Shown in pieces: positions 27,352-37,383 of a DNA stretch of 64,000 bases (the first letter of the stretch is position 1; every line of letters starts with the position of its first letter). Both the position numbers and the translations under genes were made by a program. The DNA is from Nanobdellota archaeon (lineage in GTDB: Archaea > EX4484-52 > LFW-46), in contig JAHILE010000040.1 of assembly GCA_018897155.1 (NCBI GenBank), forward strand, positions 20,157 to 84,156. Reading direction: 5' to 3'. The notes beneath the pieces are model-generated. The model was not told where the DNA came from, did not search any database, and worked only from the letters and a program-made list of their open reading frames with translations.

Positions 27352-28248
27352 ATGACGAATAGATTATACTGTGCATTTAGCTACGAGTGCAACAACAATT
27401 GCCTGCATTGCGCAGCTGATTCGGAAAAACAAAGAAATCTTTCACTGTCTATTGAAGATATTGAACGGCTGCTTAAAAAAATAGACGAAATGAAAGACGT
27501 TGAAGTGGAACTTTCCGGAGGCGAGCCGACGCTAAAGCCAGAATTATATTATTTCCTTGCGCGCCTGACTGAAAGCCATCCGGAAATAAAGCACGTACTG
27601 CTTACAAACGGGCGCACATTTTCAAATCCCAACAACGCCGCAAAACTGAGTGAATATAATCCATACAGCATTTTTGTGCCGCTTCATGCTGACACGCGAG
27701 AACTTCACGACAAAATTTCCGGCGCAAAAAACAGTTTTGATGAAACAATGCTCGGCTTAAAAAATATGTATGAGTATCGCCTTCCGGTAAATATAAAAAC
27801 AGTTGTCAATAAGCTGAATTATCAGCGCATGCCGAATCTCGTTGAAATGGTTGCGCAGACACTTCCAGAATGCAAATGGATTACGCTGAATGGCCTAGAA
27901 CTTTCCGGAAGGGCGCTAAAAAACAAAGATATGCTTGGAATAAGAATAAGCGACACCAAAACACATATAGAGAAAGCCATAGACATGGCAAATAAATACG
28001 GACTTAGAATCGCCACTTACTCCATCCCGCCTTGCATCTTAAGCAAAGATTATTGGAAATATGTCGGAAGAAAGCGGCGCAACGTCATAATTACAAAAAC
28101 GCCGACAACAGACATGAAACGCGTTGAATTAACGTACGGAACCGTGCCTGAGTGCAAAGAATGCCGCTTTTTTAACGGCTGTACGGGTGCGTGGTATAGT
28201 TACTTTGAGGTTTATGGAAAAGACGAACTGAAACCGGTGATAAAATGA
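27352..28248 (+). CDS. radical SAM enzyme (paired paralog B)
   Basis: 'CNNNCLHC' is a CxxxCxxC motif. 'LSGGEP' and 'GRALKNKDMLGIRISD' match ORF 25946, and there is a C-terminal 'ECKECRFFNGC' cluster. Confidence 0.7.
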   Translation: MTNRLYCAFSYECNNNCLHCAADSEKQRNLSLSIEDIERLLKKIDEMKDVEVELSGGEPTLKPELYYFLARLTESHPEIKHVLLTNGRTFSNPNNAAKLSEYNPYSIFVPLHADTRELHDKISGAKNSFDETMLGLKNMYEYRLPVNIKTVVNKLNYQRMPNLVEMVAQTLPECKWITLNGLELSGRALKNKDMLGIRISDTKTHIEKAIDMANKYGLRIATYSIPPCILSKDYWKYVGRKRRNVIITKTPTTDMKRVELTYGTVPECKECRFFNGCTGAWYSYFEVYGKDELKPVIK

Positions 28249-29645
28249 CTGAAAATAAATCCGATGCTATGTGCAGCACGGTTTGTGCGCCAAACGAATA
28301 TTTTACAAAAAAACTATCAACTGGAAAGTATCTTGTGACTACGCGGCACAGACAGTATGCATTTCTTGACGCCAAGGAATATGACTTGCTTTATAGAGAA
28401 CAATTTCAAGAAAATAAAGAGCTTTTTGAAAAACTGGAAAAAACAGGCATCATATTCACTGAAAAAAACATTAAAAAAATAGTGGGCTCGTTTGAGAAAC
28501 AATACATATTTCTTTTCTTTCCAAAATCGTTCCGAATTAATTTGTCAAATGAGTGCAATCTCATGTGCAGTTACTGCCTGTCAAATGCGACCCCCACCCA
28601 GCACGAAACAATGTCAGACGAATTAGTGGATGCAACAATCAAATTCATGCTTTCTGCGCCCGGAAAAAAGTTTTATATGGAATTTCAGGGAGGCGAACCG
28701 CTTGTAAAATTCAATGAAATAAAAAAATTCGTAGCGAAAATAAAACTTGCTGCTGAGGTGGGAAAAAAAGAAATAGAAAAAATAGTTATTGTAACAAATA
28801 TGACTCTCATGACTGAAGAAATAGCAGAATATCTGCTCGAAAACAACATAGGGTTATGCTCTTCCCTTGATGGGCCTGAAGAGCTTCACGATATCCATCG
28901 CAAGTTTGGCGGCGGCGGCGGAACTTACAAAACAGTTACAAAATGGCTTTCGTACTTTCGGGAGCGAGGTAAGACAATAAATACGCTGCCCACAATAACT
29001 GCACACAGCATAAAATTTGGCGCGCGAAAAATAATTGACGAATATCTCAAACAGGGATGCATTCGAATCCCCATTAGGGCAGTAATTCCGGTTGGGCGGG
29101 CAAAACAAAATGACAACCACACATATTCTGCAGAAGAGTTCATTGCGTTTTGGAAAGATGCTGTCGAATACCTGGTGGAAATAACGCTGAATGGCAACCC
29201 CGTATTTGACCCTAACACGCAAGCAATGCTAAGAAACATAATGGATGGCCCGGTATCCTATATGTGCATGCGAAAACCATGCGGAGGTGCAATATCGCAC
29301 ATGTCGATATCCTGTGACGGAACAATCATGCCTTGCGACCTTTCAAAAACACTGCCTGAAATGGCTATCGGAAACGTGCGCGAAAGCCATATTGATGTTG
29401 CTCTAAGGACAATTAACATGAATGCGCGAACTTCTGATTTCCAACCGCTCTGCAACACCTGCGCGTTCGGGCCGTACTGCGGAAACTGCTACACCAGAAC
29501 GCGTGCCGTTTTTTCCGATGAAACCCCGAGAACTCCGCGCGACTTTGAATGTAAAGTAAACAAGGCAATGTTTACATATCTTTTTGAAAAAATGCAGGAC
29601 GCAAAATACGTAAAAGTTTTCCGCATTTGGATAAATGGCAGGTGA
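28245..29645 (+). CDS. radical SAM enzyme with C-terminal SPASM/twitch-like Cys-rich domain (peptide-modifying type)
   Basis: 'CNLMCSYC' and 'FQGGEP' motifs. The C-terminal tract 'CMRKPCGGAIS...CDGTIMPC...CNTCAFGPYCGNC' is SPASM-like. Confidence 0.75.
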   Translation: MTENKSDAMCSTVCAPNEYFTKKLSTGKYLVTTRHRQYAFLDAKEYDLLYREQFQENKELFEKLEKTGIIFTEKNIKKIVGSFEKQYIFLFFPKSFRINLSNECNLMCSYCLSNATPTQHETMSDELVDATIKFMLSAPGKKFYMEFQGGEPLVKFNEIKKFVAKIKLAAEVGKKEIEKIVIVTNMTLMTEEIAEYLLENNIGLCSSLDGPEELHDIHRKFGGGGGTYKTVTKWLSYFRERGKTINTLPTITAHSIKFGARKIIDEYLKQGCIRIPIRAVIPVGRAKQNDNHTYSAEEFIAFWKDAVEYLVEITLNGNPVFDPNTQAMLRNIMDGPVSYMCMRKPCGGAISHMSISCDGTIMPCDLSKTLPEMAIGNVRESHIDVALRTINMNARTSDFQPLCNTCAFGPYCGNCYTRTRAVFSDETPRTPRDFECKVNKAMFTYLFEKMQDAKYVKVFRIWINGR

Positions 29646-29649
29646 TTAA

Positions 29650-30498
29650 TTGTATTCGCTCATATTAAAGGCAGCAATAGTTGCAGCAATCTTGAAAGCG
29701 ACAAACGCGTTTAAATGGCGCGCAGTTATTGTATATTTCTTGCTGTCAGTTTTTATGATATACTTCTCCGGCGCACAATATGCTCCGGAAAGAATCCTAG
29801 TATACACATTTGAATTTTTTGCAGCATATGTCGCAATCGGCATCATTAAGTACCGCATAAATCGCGCAAAAACAAAAACCCCCGTATACGGAGGAGTTAC
29901 TCTTTCGCTGAATTCGCTTCTGTTAATGTTTTCAATGGGCTACATGTTTGCGCTTAGTGAAATAAATAAATATGCTTCGTTTTTTGTTACAATGCTTCTT
30001 TTTTTTATTCTCAATAAAAACGCTTACCGAAAAAAAATGATTTTGTTTTGGAAGGCCGTATTTATGTTGTCAATAATTCATTCGCTAATAATTTCCGGCG
30101 GCAGAACGCTAATAACCCCGACGTATTTTGTTGCGACATACGCGGTAATAACACATCTTTTTTTCGCTGCAAAAGATGCGTTCAGTTATGCACATTCGCC
30201 TGAAGAATTAACCGAGGGTATGATGCCGGCAGAAAGTATTGTTCAAGACAATAAAAAATATATTTTCGGAAGCACGCTGTTCCCGAGTGCGTTTGGGCTT
30301 ATTAGATATGTCGCAGGCGACATTCTGCTGAAAAGACGTGTTGTGGCTTCATTTTTTGTTCCGCTAACAAAGAAAAACATTCTTGAGATAAGAAAAATCG
30401 CAAAGGAACATAAACGTCCTTTTTTTCTTGTGCAAAAAGAAATAGACTTTTTGCCATTCATTGTTTTGGGCGCAATTGTTGCACTTTTAACAATGTAG
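29650..30498 (+). CDS. polytopic membrane protein (unknown; candidate exporter/processing component of the rSAM cluster)
   Basis: Six to eight hydrophobic segments. It lies immediately downstream of the rSAM/SPASM gene on the same strand. Confidence 0.4.
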   Translation: MYSLILKAAIVAAILKATNAFKWRAVIVYFLLSVFMIYFSGAQYAPERILVYTFEFFAAYVAIGIIKYRINRAKTKTPVYGGVTLSLNSLLLMFSMGYMFALSEINKYASFFVTMLLFFILNKNAYRKKMILFWKAVFMLSIIHSLIISGGRTLITPTYFVATYAVITHLFFAAKDAFSYAHSPEELTEGMMPAESIVQDNKKYIFGSTLFPSAFGLIRYVAGDILLKRRVVASFFVPLTKKNILEIRKIAKEHKRPFFLVQKEIDFLPFIVLGAIVALLTM

Positions 30499-30526
30499 CT
30501 TTTTATCGCGTTGCCAAAAATCGATT

Positions 30527-32620
30527 CTATGCAGCAATACAACACACCTTACTTAAAAGAGGCATATCAACACAGCCATCACTACATGCCTCCATACCCG
30601 GTGGACAGCCGCCCATAAACTCAAATACAAGGTCACATGTTGGTGGTGGTGGCAATCCTACTTTGCAGCAGATTTTAGTTATTTCCTGGCAATCTGAAAT
30701 AGTTATTTTAGGAACTTCATTTTCTCCTTCCAGACACGCACCCAAAAAATAGCACGTTCCGCCGTTATCGGCGCACGTTAATCCAGCTGGTGCGTCTTTG
30801 CAGCAAAGTTCACCTGCATCACAAGTTCCTGAAGCGACGATCTTGCCAACAGGACATCCCGCTCCTGCTTCACATGTCTGGCCTGCTGTATTTTCACATG
30901 TGTATAATAGCGGCGAGGGCACTTCAATTGGAGGTACTGTTTGAGGCCCAAAAGCACCGCCGCTTTGCGTAGAACAAACATGGCCGAAATCATCGCATGC
31001 ATTGTCATCCACTATATCTATTTCGACAAAAAAGGTAAACTGGTACGGCACCCATTTCTTTTCAACGCTGTCAAAAACATTATATTTTTCATCGATAATC
31101 GTCACATTTATTGGAACGTTTTTTAAAACATATCTACTGTCATAATGCATGTAACAAGTATTTGAAGTATCACAACCGCCAGTACAACCAGATGTTGATG
31201 AGCATTTGCCCGTATTCACAGCCAATCCGCTTTTGTATCTATAATATTCCAAATTTTGGCCGCTGCACCATTCGTTTTCATCGGCGGATGGTTGAGAATT
31301 TATGGGGCATATTTGAAAATCTGGTGCAATGCTAAGTTTCAATTTTATATCCGCCCCCACATTATCAAACTGATTTGATATATCACCGGCGATAATATCC
31401 AAGCCGCTGTTAAGGACAATCCGAAAATCAACTGCAGTATATTGTGGCGTAGGGTCTGAAGGGCATCCGTTCGCATAACTCAATCTTCCAGAATTGCATC
31501 CAAGTGTGTTTGATGGTATTTGATGATCTACCAACGTATTAAGTTGATTATACCATCTCGGCTTCACCCACGCCTCATAATTATCAACAAAAAACTTCGC
31601 GACCCCGTACATTCTCCAGTACCTGATTTGAGCGTCTTCTTCTACAAGGTTCCAGTTTTTCAGATTGGCGTCTGCGCTCAAGGAGCTTATTTTGTCGGGC
31701 CCATAAGCACTTCCTCTCAAAAAGCCTTCGCCGTTATTGAGCGTCTCGTAAACGCCTTTCCCTGCCGGCACAAAAAAAGCATTTAACGGTTCTATCTCAA
31801 AGCGTTGTAATTTGAGTTTTTGTCGGTAGCTTTCTATACTTGCGTTAAGTGCTGCATTAAGATTATTCACAACATCTTTGTCATATATTGAAACCGCCAT
31901 AACACGAATATGCGCAACATCAACGGCAGAGCCAGTAAATATGAGTGTAATATCCTCAACAGAATTTTGCACAATGCTGTTTCCAATTGGAAGGATTGTC
32001 GTGCCTGAGGTTGTGATTGTTGTAACACCATTACAATTTGCATTCTGGCAAATCTGGACATCAACAGATTCTTCTTTCAGCATAATCACATTAAACATTA
32101 TGTTCAGCTGATAGTCTCCTCGCACAACATCCTTCATAGTCTCGACATACTCCGCGGCGGAAACTACTGTGTATGTCTTGGCATCTGTTCCAAGCTTAAA
32201 ATTGGCATCAATATAAGACAAATACGGCATTCGTTTTCGTATTGTGCTCTCGGAAGTTCCAACTGTCTTGCATCGGGAAACCGCAAAATTCAGAACGCCG
32301 TCGGTAATGTCCATTTTCGGCACAGGATCATTTCCAGGATCTCCATCAGTAGCTGCAGTAATTACTGCCGCGCTTACTCCGCCATGCACTCCAAGCTCCT
32401 TTGCAGTATTCATGAGCCCAAAAAAAAGCGCGGTTTTTTCAAACGACTGCTTTATTCCGTGAAGCGCAAGATTAGCATCAGATATTGCGTCAGCACTTCT
32501 TGAAGATGTGCCCTGCGCAGCAGAAAATCTAAAAAGATCATATAATAAGGCACTGCCCAAAGCAATAACTAAAAAGAAGACCCCGAACAAAACAAAATGC
32601 CTTGACAATGCTTTTTTCAT
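30527..32620 (-). CDS. large secreted/anchored protein with Cys-rich C-terminal repeats
   Basis: An N-terminal signal anchor is followed by a C-terminal ~200 aa with more than 30 Cys in repeated '...C....CC...' units. Confidence 0.5.
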   Translation of the reverse strand: MKKALSRHFVLFGVFFLVIALGSALLYDLFRFSAAQGTSSRSADAISDANLALHGIKQSFEKTALFFGLMNTAKELGVHGGVSAAVITAATDGDPGNDPVPKMDITDGVLNFAVSRCKTVGTSESTIRKRMPYLSYIDANFKLGTDAKTYTVVSAAEYVETMKDVVRGDYQLNIMFNVIMLKEESVDVQICQNANCNGVTTITTSGTTILPIGNSIVQNSVEDITLIFTGSAVDVAHIRVMAVSIYDKDVVNNLNAALNASIESYRQKLKLQRFEIEPLNAFFVPAGKGVYETLNNGEGFLRGSAYGPDKISSLSADANLKNWNLVEEDAQIRYWRMYGVAKFFVDNYEAWVKPRWYNQLNTLVDHQIPSNTLGCNSGRLSYANGCPSDPTPQYTAVDFRIVLNSGLDIIAGDISNQFDNVGADIKLKLSIAPDFQICPINSQPSADENEWCSGQNLEYYRYKSGLAVNTGKCSSTSGCTGGCDTSNTCYMHYDSRYVLKNVPINVTIIDEKYNVFDSVEKKWVPYQFTFFVEIDIVDDNACDDFGHVCSTQSGGAFGPQTVPPIEVPSPLLYTCENTAGQTCEAGAGCPVGKIVASGTCDAGELCCKDAPAGLTCADNGGTCYFLGACLEGENEVPKITISDCQEITKICCKVGLPPPPTCDLVFEFMGGCPPGMEACSDGCVDMPLLSKVCCIAA

Positions 32621-32624
32621 AAAA

Positions 32625-33143
32625 TCATCCCCTTGTTTTCAATACCACTTTGGCAACGTCGCCGTTTGGAAGAGCGATGTACTCAAAGGACAAAACATTG
32701 AAACCGGTAGGGCCCATACTGGGCATTCCATAACATCCCGAAACCCCGAGAAGTGGTGGGCAGAGTACGGAATGTTCTACATAAAAATCATATGTTGTAA
32801 TAGATAGTTCCATTAACCACCCAAAACAATCCACAGGTTTCACAGAGTCTGTTTTCCCTCCGTACTCTATTTGAACCACGTCGCCTAAAAAGCTGTTTGT
32901 TTTCCCTTCGCCAATACCTATTGCTAACACATCCCTTAAAGGCAGTTTTGTATTCGGTGCGCAATCCGTGCTTTCAAGTATGCTGTGAAGCGCATATTGT
33001 GTAGTTTTGCTCTTATCATCATATAATAGTGACGTTACTTTCAGATAAGCCACAATTGCTATTATCACTATGAATATCAGCATTATAACCAAAAGCCATG
33101 GCGCAAGAGGCTCAGTCTGTCCGCACCTTTTTTTGTTATTCAT
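32625..33143 (-). CDS. membrane-anchored extracellular protein (class III-like N-terminus)
   Basis: The likely start is 'MNNKKRCGQTEPLAPWLLVIMLIFIVIIAIV'. The ORF-track N-extension overlaps the upstream gene. Confidence 0.35.
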   Translation of the reverse strand: MNNKKRCGQTEPLAPWLLVIMLIFIVIIAIVAYLKVTSLLYDDKSKTTQYALHSILESTDCAPNTKLPLRDVLAIGIGEGKTNSFLGDVVQIEYGGKTDSVKPVDCFGWLMELSITTYDFYVEHSVLCPPLLGVSGCYGMPSMGPTGFNVLSFEYIALPNGDVAKVVLKTRG

Positions 33144-33156
33144 ATAATCATCTAAC

Positions 33157-33864
33157 TTAGCTACAGGCATCATCAAACCCCACTGTTTGAAGCGATTTAT
33201 CACATATTTTTGAACAAAAACATTTTGTATAAGGGCATTGAATGTCGCAAAGGCATAGCGGATATCCATCTGCGTAAAAATCAGTTCCTGAATCCGCGTC
33301 CAATATTACTTTTATTGATGCAAGAGCCATTTTATCATCGCTATTTACGACGCCGGAAAATCTTAAAAAATTTCCATCACTGCCGTAATTATAAGGGGAT
33401 GGCATAAGCGTTTCGAACCCGAGCGGCCCTCCAACAGTCGAATATAAAAAAAAACCGCGATCCGAAATGCAACGTTTAGTTATTCCGCGAGCATGCGTAT
33501 TATATGCATAATCAATATTGTTGTTGTTCTGAAAATACCACGTATCGGTCCCGCTTTTGACTTCAATATAATACAGAGAGCCGGGCAGGTCCAGCGGTTC
33601 CGATGTTCCGGCGCAAACAATGCTATTGTTGTACTTGTCGAGAGCAGTCTTGTTAAATACAAATTTTTCTGTTGATCCTTTTACGTCATTCAAATTTATG
33701 CACGGAGCTGACAAAAGCTTTTCTGAAAGCGCTATTGAAGATCCGCGAGTTTCTATATCTCCTATAACCGTCTTTGCCCATACAAATATTACAATAAGCG
33801 CAACTGCGCAAGCAGTGCCTATGATGACGTAAATTGCAGACATTAAATTATCAACAAATTCCAT
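33157..33864 (-). CDS. membrane-anchored extracellular protein
   Basis: It has an N-terminal TM 'AIYVIIGTACAVALIVIFVWA' and a Cys-containing C-terminus. Confidence 0.4.
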   Translation of the reverse strand: MEFVDNLMSAIYVIIGTACAVALIVIFVWAKTVIGDIETRGSSIALSEKLLSAPCINLNDVKGSTEKFVFNKTALDKYNNSIVCAGTSEPLDLPGSLYYIEVKSGTDTWYFQNNNNIDYAYNTHARGITKRCISDRGFFLYSTVGGPLGFETLMPSPYNYGSDGNFLRFSGVVNSDDKMALASIKVILDADSGTDFYADGYPLCLCDIQCPYTKCFCSKICDKSLQTVGFDDACS

Positions 33865-33873
33865 TATATCCCT

Positions 33874-34341
33874 CTAGCAAAAAGATTCTTGAAATACTGC
33901 ATTGCAGCAGGCAGTACCTTGGACACAAACTTCGACAAACGGCCGGCATGAATCAGCCGGATCTTTTTTCTTAATAACGCAAAATGCACGGGCTTCAATT
34001 GGCGTAATTATCTGCTTTAGCTCCGCTGTGTAGTGGCTCATTTTAAGCTTCGGCGTTAATGCTTCAATAGTGATGGCATCGCCGGAGTACTGAACTTGTA
34101 TTGAATCTTCATCAATTTCCACAGTATAATTTTCATCATTCGGCAGTTTATATATCGCAATGCCGTTTTCAGCCACAGATATTTGGACGATGGTGTTTCT
34201 TAGCCCCATTATGGCAAGCTCTGTTTCGCCCCGCTTGTCTGCAAAAACATTGGCTGTTGTGGAAAGGGCAAATACCAATATGACAACCACTATAAGAAGC
34301 GCTCCGATACCGTTTATAACATTTCCAACAATGCCTTTCAA
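33874..34341 (-). CDS. type IV pilin-like protein (class III signal peptide)
   Basis: N-terminus 'MKG|IVGNVINGIGALLIVVVILVFAL'; C-terminus 'CVQGTACCNAVFQESFC'. Confidence 0.45.
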   Translation of the reverse strand: MKGIVGNVINGIGALLIVVVILVFALSTTANVFADKRGETELAIMGLRNTIVQISVAENGIAIYKLPNDENYTVEIDEDSIQVQYSGDAITIEALTPKLKMSHYTAELKQIITPIEARAFCVIKKKDPADSCRPFVEVCVQGTACCNAVFQESFC

Positions 34342-34345
34342 AAAA

Positions 34346-34555
34346 TCACCAAAAGCTCAAAAGACCGGCGCATGCAGACCAGTCCCATCTCAGGCAATCC
34401 AAAATTTTTGCCGTTCTTTCAGCAACAGGAATTGCCGGACCCATTGCTGCGCTGATAAAGTAAAAAACAATCACTAAAAGTATTATAAATATAAGCAGCT
34501 GCCGGATACCGTCTATAGAAAATACAAACGCGCCCTTCCGCCTTGAAAAAATCAT
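34346..34555 (-). CDS. small pilin-like protein
   Basis: 'RRKG|AFVFSIDGIRQLLIFIILLVIVF', with a Cys/Trp-containing tail. Confidence 0.4.
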   Translation of the reverse strand: MIFSRRKGAFVFSIDGIRQLLIFIILLVIVFYFISAAMGPAIPVAERTAKILDCLRWDWSACAGLLSFW

Positions 34556-34593
34556 ACTATTATATTATATCAAAGGCTATTAATATAAGTTCT

Positions 34594-34815
34594 CTATAGC
34601 AGCCAGCAGAGCGGCAGGCACTTGACAAGGCCATTCTCAGGAATACATTTGCCGCAGTCTGAAAGAGACTTGAACATGCCTGTTGATTTTGTCAAAAAGC
34701 CGGAATTCGTATTTACAAAAAACAAAATTACTAAAACCGCCATAATCAGGCCCAGAATTATGATTATGGTTGTTGAATTCACCTCTACCTGGCCTTTAGG
34801 TGATTTTGAGTTCAT
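34594..34815 (-). CDS. small pilin-like protein
   Basis: 'SPKG|QVEVNSTTIIIILGLIMAVLVILFF'; tail 'CGKCIPENGLVKCLPLC'. Confidence 0.45.
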   Translation of the reverse strand: MNSKSPKGQVEVNSTTIIIILGLIMAVLVILFFVNTNSGFLTKSTGMFKSLSDCGKCIPENGLVKCLPLCWLL

Positions 34816-34833
34816 AGAAGTCCTCGATTGCGT

Positions 34834-36795
34834 TCAGGCTTTTGGCTGACATACCGCTAAGACATTATTCCAGATACATGCAGAACATTTCGGGCAATTT
34901 GTCTTGGTATTGTATGTCGGAGTTCCGCACAGATCGCCGCATTTGCTTACACAGGTTTCTAAAACCCATTTACATAGGCTTGAACAAACATCACAATATG
35001 TCTGGCTAGTGCCCGCATATTCCGCACAATTATATCCGCAGGAAAAGAACGCCACGCTCTTTGACCATGTAACCGGAGTTGCCAAATTATCTGCGCTTGC
35101 AGATGTTGCTAATGTGGCGCTGACCGATGTTTCAAGCAGAGGCACTGTCGGCGAATCCTCTTTAAGGAGAACAAATGAGTAATTCCTTGACGCACTTACC
35201 GGAATATTTATATTATCGCCGCCCAAAAGAGCCAAATCCTTTGCCCCTAACTTTGCGCTAATATGATCGCTAACTTTTATCGCTGCCATGGTACCCGTAT
35301 TTTTTACAGTGACGTTAACAATGCGATCACTGACGAGGTCTTCATAAATTCTTGAAACACCGATTTTTTTGTCTTGAATATATACATTCGTTATCTCAAG
35401 CTTTGGCGCTTTGCAGCTTCCATCTGCGCATCCTGTTAAGCAGGAATCATCTGCCTTAGTAGTATATTTACAGCCCGTCACAGTATCAGAATATCCAGAA
35501 TCGCTCGGGCCTGAAAGGACATAATCACCGTCACATCCACCAGTTTGCGATGAACACGACCAGGTAAAATCTTTTTCAATATAATTTATTATGTATGGCT
35601 TCGTATCAAATGTTTTTATGCAAAGAACGTTTTTGCCATCCCCTTGGCGCTCAACACGCAGCGTATTTTTTCCATCATTAAAGCCGCCAACTCCGACCTT
35701 AGGCAGATCAAACAGAATTTCTTTAGGATTTGCGGGATTAATTTTCTTCCCTGCAATAACTTCCACAGTATTCAGCTTAACCACAACATGCGCGGGATTC
35801 CAAATATCGCTTTCAAATATCGCGCCCATTTGCTTTCCAGGCCCAAACGGCAGATCTGCGTCAAAAGTGACTGCCGGGCAAGTCCATGAAAAACTAACAT
35901 CACGATCTGCTGTTTCAATTCCGCGTTTTACGTGAATTTTCAAAGTATACCCGCCATTATACAAAGCTGCCACAGGCACTCTAAAACTATAAGACGCCAT
36001 ATTTTCGATGCAAGCAACAAGAGGACCTAGATTGCATTTTTGTTCAACCCCTCCTTTCCGTAATATAACTGTTAGACCGTCCACGGGGTTTTCAAGTGGT
36101 CCCATACCCACTTTAATTTTAACATATACTTGTTCTCCTGCTTTTACTGAAGATATTTTAATGTCACAATTCACATCTGAACAAAGAATAACGCGATTTA
36201 CGCCCGTTTCTTCTTCCGCTTCTTCTTCATCTTCCTGAATTGGTTTCGCGCCTTTGTCAACCAACATCGTAATCGGCTTTGACGGGTAATTATCTGCGCT
36301 GACAGTTAGCGTCACATACCCCTGCTGAATGTTTGTGGTGCTTATTGTACCTTGATAAACTCCAGGAGTTGTGGTTTCATCGAACGCGTCCGTTATGTAT
36401 GGCCCTGTTATTGTTCCGCCGGTAATCGGAGCGCCATTATATGTCAGTGCGATGTTTATTATATTCTCCCCCTCGCCTAGTTTCTCCGGATAAGTTGCTT
36501 CAATTGTCTTTGCCAGATGATCTAAAAATTCCCTGCAGGTCTGATCATTCATCTGCGGGTCTTTTACCGTCAAACATGCGGCGCCTGTCGGATTATCATT
36601 GCACACTTTTGTGCAATAATCTATTTTTGAAGAATTGCTTCCAAGTGAGGGATCTGTGCCTTTTATTATTTCTTCCGTTCCTGTTGCTCGCCCGTTTAGG
36701 ATAATATAAATAATTGCAGAAATTGCCAAGAGCACGATTATGTAAATCACCATATTCATTGAAACTTCAAACGTGCCTTTGCGTTTCATAAACAC
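34834..36795 (-). CDS. large pilin-like/adhesin-like protein (class III signal peptide, Cys-rich C-terminus)
   Basis: 'KRKG|TFEVSMNMVIYIIVLLAISAII' followed by a 600-aa extracellular region. The last 70 aa carry ~14 Cys. Confidence 0.5.
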   Translation of the reverse strand: MFMKRKGTFEVSMNMVIYIIVLLAISAIIYIILNGRATGTEEIIKGTDPSLGSNSSKIDYCTKVCNDNPTGAACLTVKDPQMNDQTCREFLDHLAKTIEATYPEKLGEGENIINIALTYNGAPITGGTITGPYITDAFDETTTPGVYQGTISTTNIQQGYVTLTVSADNYPSKPITMLVDKGAKPIQEDEEEAEEETGVNRVILCSDVNCDIKISSVKAGEQVYVKIKVGMGPLENPVDGLTVILRKGGVEQKCNLGPLVACIENMASYSFRVPVAALYNGGYTLKIHVKRGIETADRDVSFSWTCPAVTFDADLPFGPGKQMGAIFESDIWNPAHVVVKLNTVEVIAGKKINPANPKEILFDLPKVGVGGFNDGKNTLRVERQGDGKNVLCIKTFDTKPYIINYIEKDFTWSCSSQTGGCDGDYVLSGPSDSGYSDTVTGCKYTTKADDSCLTGCADGSCKAPKLEITNVYIQDKKIGVSRIYEDLVSDRIVNVTVKNTGTMAAIKVSDHISAKLGAKDLALLGGDNINIPVSASRNYSFVLLKEDSPTVPLLETSVSATLATSASADNLATPVTWSKSVAFFSCGYNCAEYAGTSQTYCDVCSSLCKWVLETCVSKCGDLCGTPTYNTKTNCPKCSACIWNNVLAVCQPKA

Positions 36796-36799
36796 ACCA

Positions 36800-37072
36800 T
36801 CAACATACCGTCATAATCCCTTTAGTTACGCAGTCGCCTCCAAAATCGTCCCAAACACAGCCGTCTCCATAAATCTGCTTGCAAGTGTTGCATCTTTCCT
36901 GGCATATCTGGGCTTGAATCACATTGTTCGCATTATCTGAAGTGGCTTGATTTCTTTCATCTGCCTTATTTGTAGAACTGCTGAAAACCAGAAGGATTAC
37001 CACGGCAACTGCCAGCGCAATCACTATTGCAATAATAATCCACATAGCCTGGCTTGTTCCTTTTTTAAACAT
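36800..37072 (-). CDS. small pilin-like Cys-rich protein
   Basis: 'KKG|TSQAMWIIIAIVIALAVAVVIL'; tail 'CQERCNTCKQIYGDGCVWDDFGGDCVTKGIMTVC'. Confidence 0.45.
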   Translation of the reverse strand: MFKKGTSQAMWIIIAIVIALAVAVVILLVFSSSTNKADERNQATSDNANNVIQAQICQERCNTCKQIYGDGCVWDDFGGDCVTKGIMTVC

Positions 37073-37073
37073 G

Positions 37074-37262
37074 TCATACCCCCGGAATATGGATGGTTTT
37101 CAAAACCATTATAATTGACCTGTCGCGCATAAAAAATAACATATACACCAACACAAGAAGCACAATCAAAGCAAGAACCCATTTTATAATGGTTTCTATA
37201 GGCATGCTGAAACCCTTTTTCATAATTAATTTATGTGCGAGCTTATTTAAATAAGCATTCAC
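37074..37262 (-). CDS. small pilin-like protein
   Basis: 'KKG|FSMPIETIIKWVLALIVLLVLVYML'. Confidence 0.4.
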   Translation of the reverse strand: MNAYLNKLAHKLIMKKGFSMPIETIIKWVLALIVLLVLVYMLFFMRDRSIIMVLKTIHIPGV

Positions 37263-37272
37263 AATAATTTAT

Positions 37273-37383
37273 ATGCGAAAGGGAATTGAGACCGAACGGC
37301 TCACAAATGTTGGAATTGCCATTGCATTGGTTTCGCTGGTACTTATTTTTGCATACACTTTGATGAAAAAACATCTTGGGTGA
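37273..37383 (+). CDS. mini pilin-like ORF (36 aa, below ORF-track cutoff)
   Basis: 'MRKG|IETERLTNVGIAIALVSLVLIFAYTLMKKHLG*'. It follows the cluster-wide KG-plus-hydrophobic-helix pattern. Confidence 0.25.
   Translation: MRKGIETERLTNVGIAIALVSLVLIFAYTLMKKHLG

Noticed and set aside
27176-27376. A minus-strand ORF encodes 'IPMIPMVPMIPPAMIPP...'.
   Set aside because: It is the mirror reading of the DHW/DHCWW DNA repeat. It has no independent start context or partner genes, so it is an antisense artefact of the repeat.
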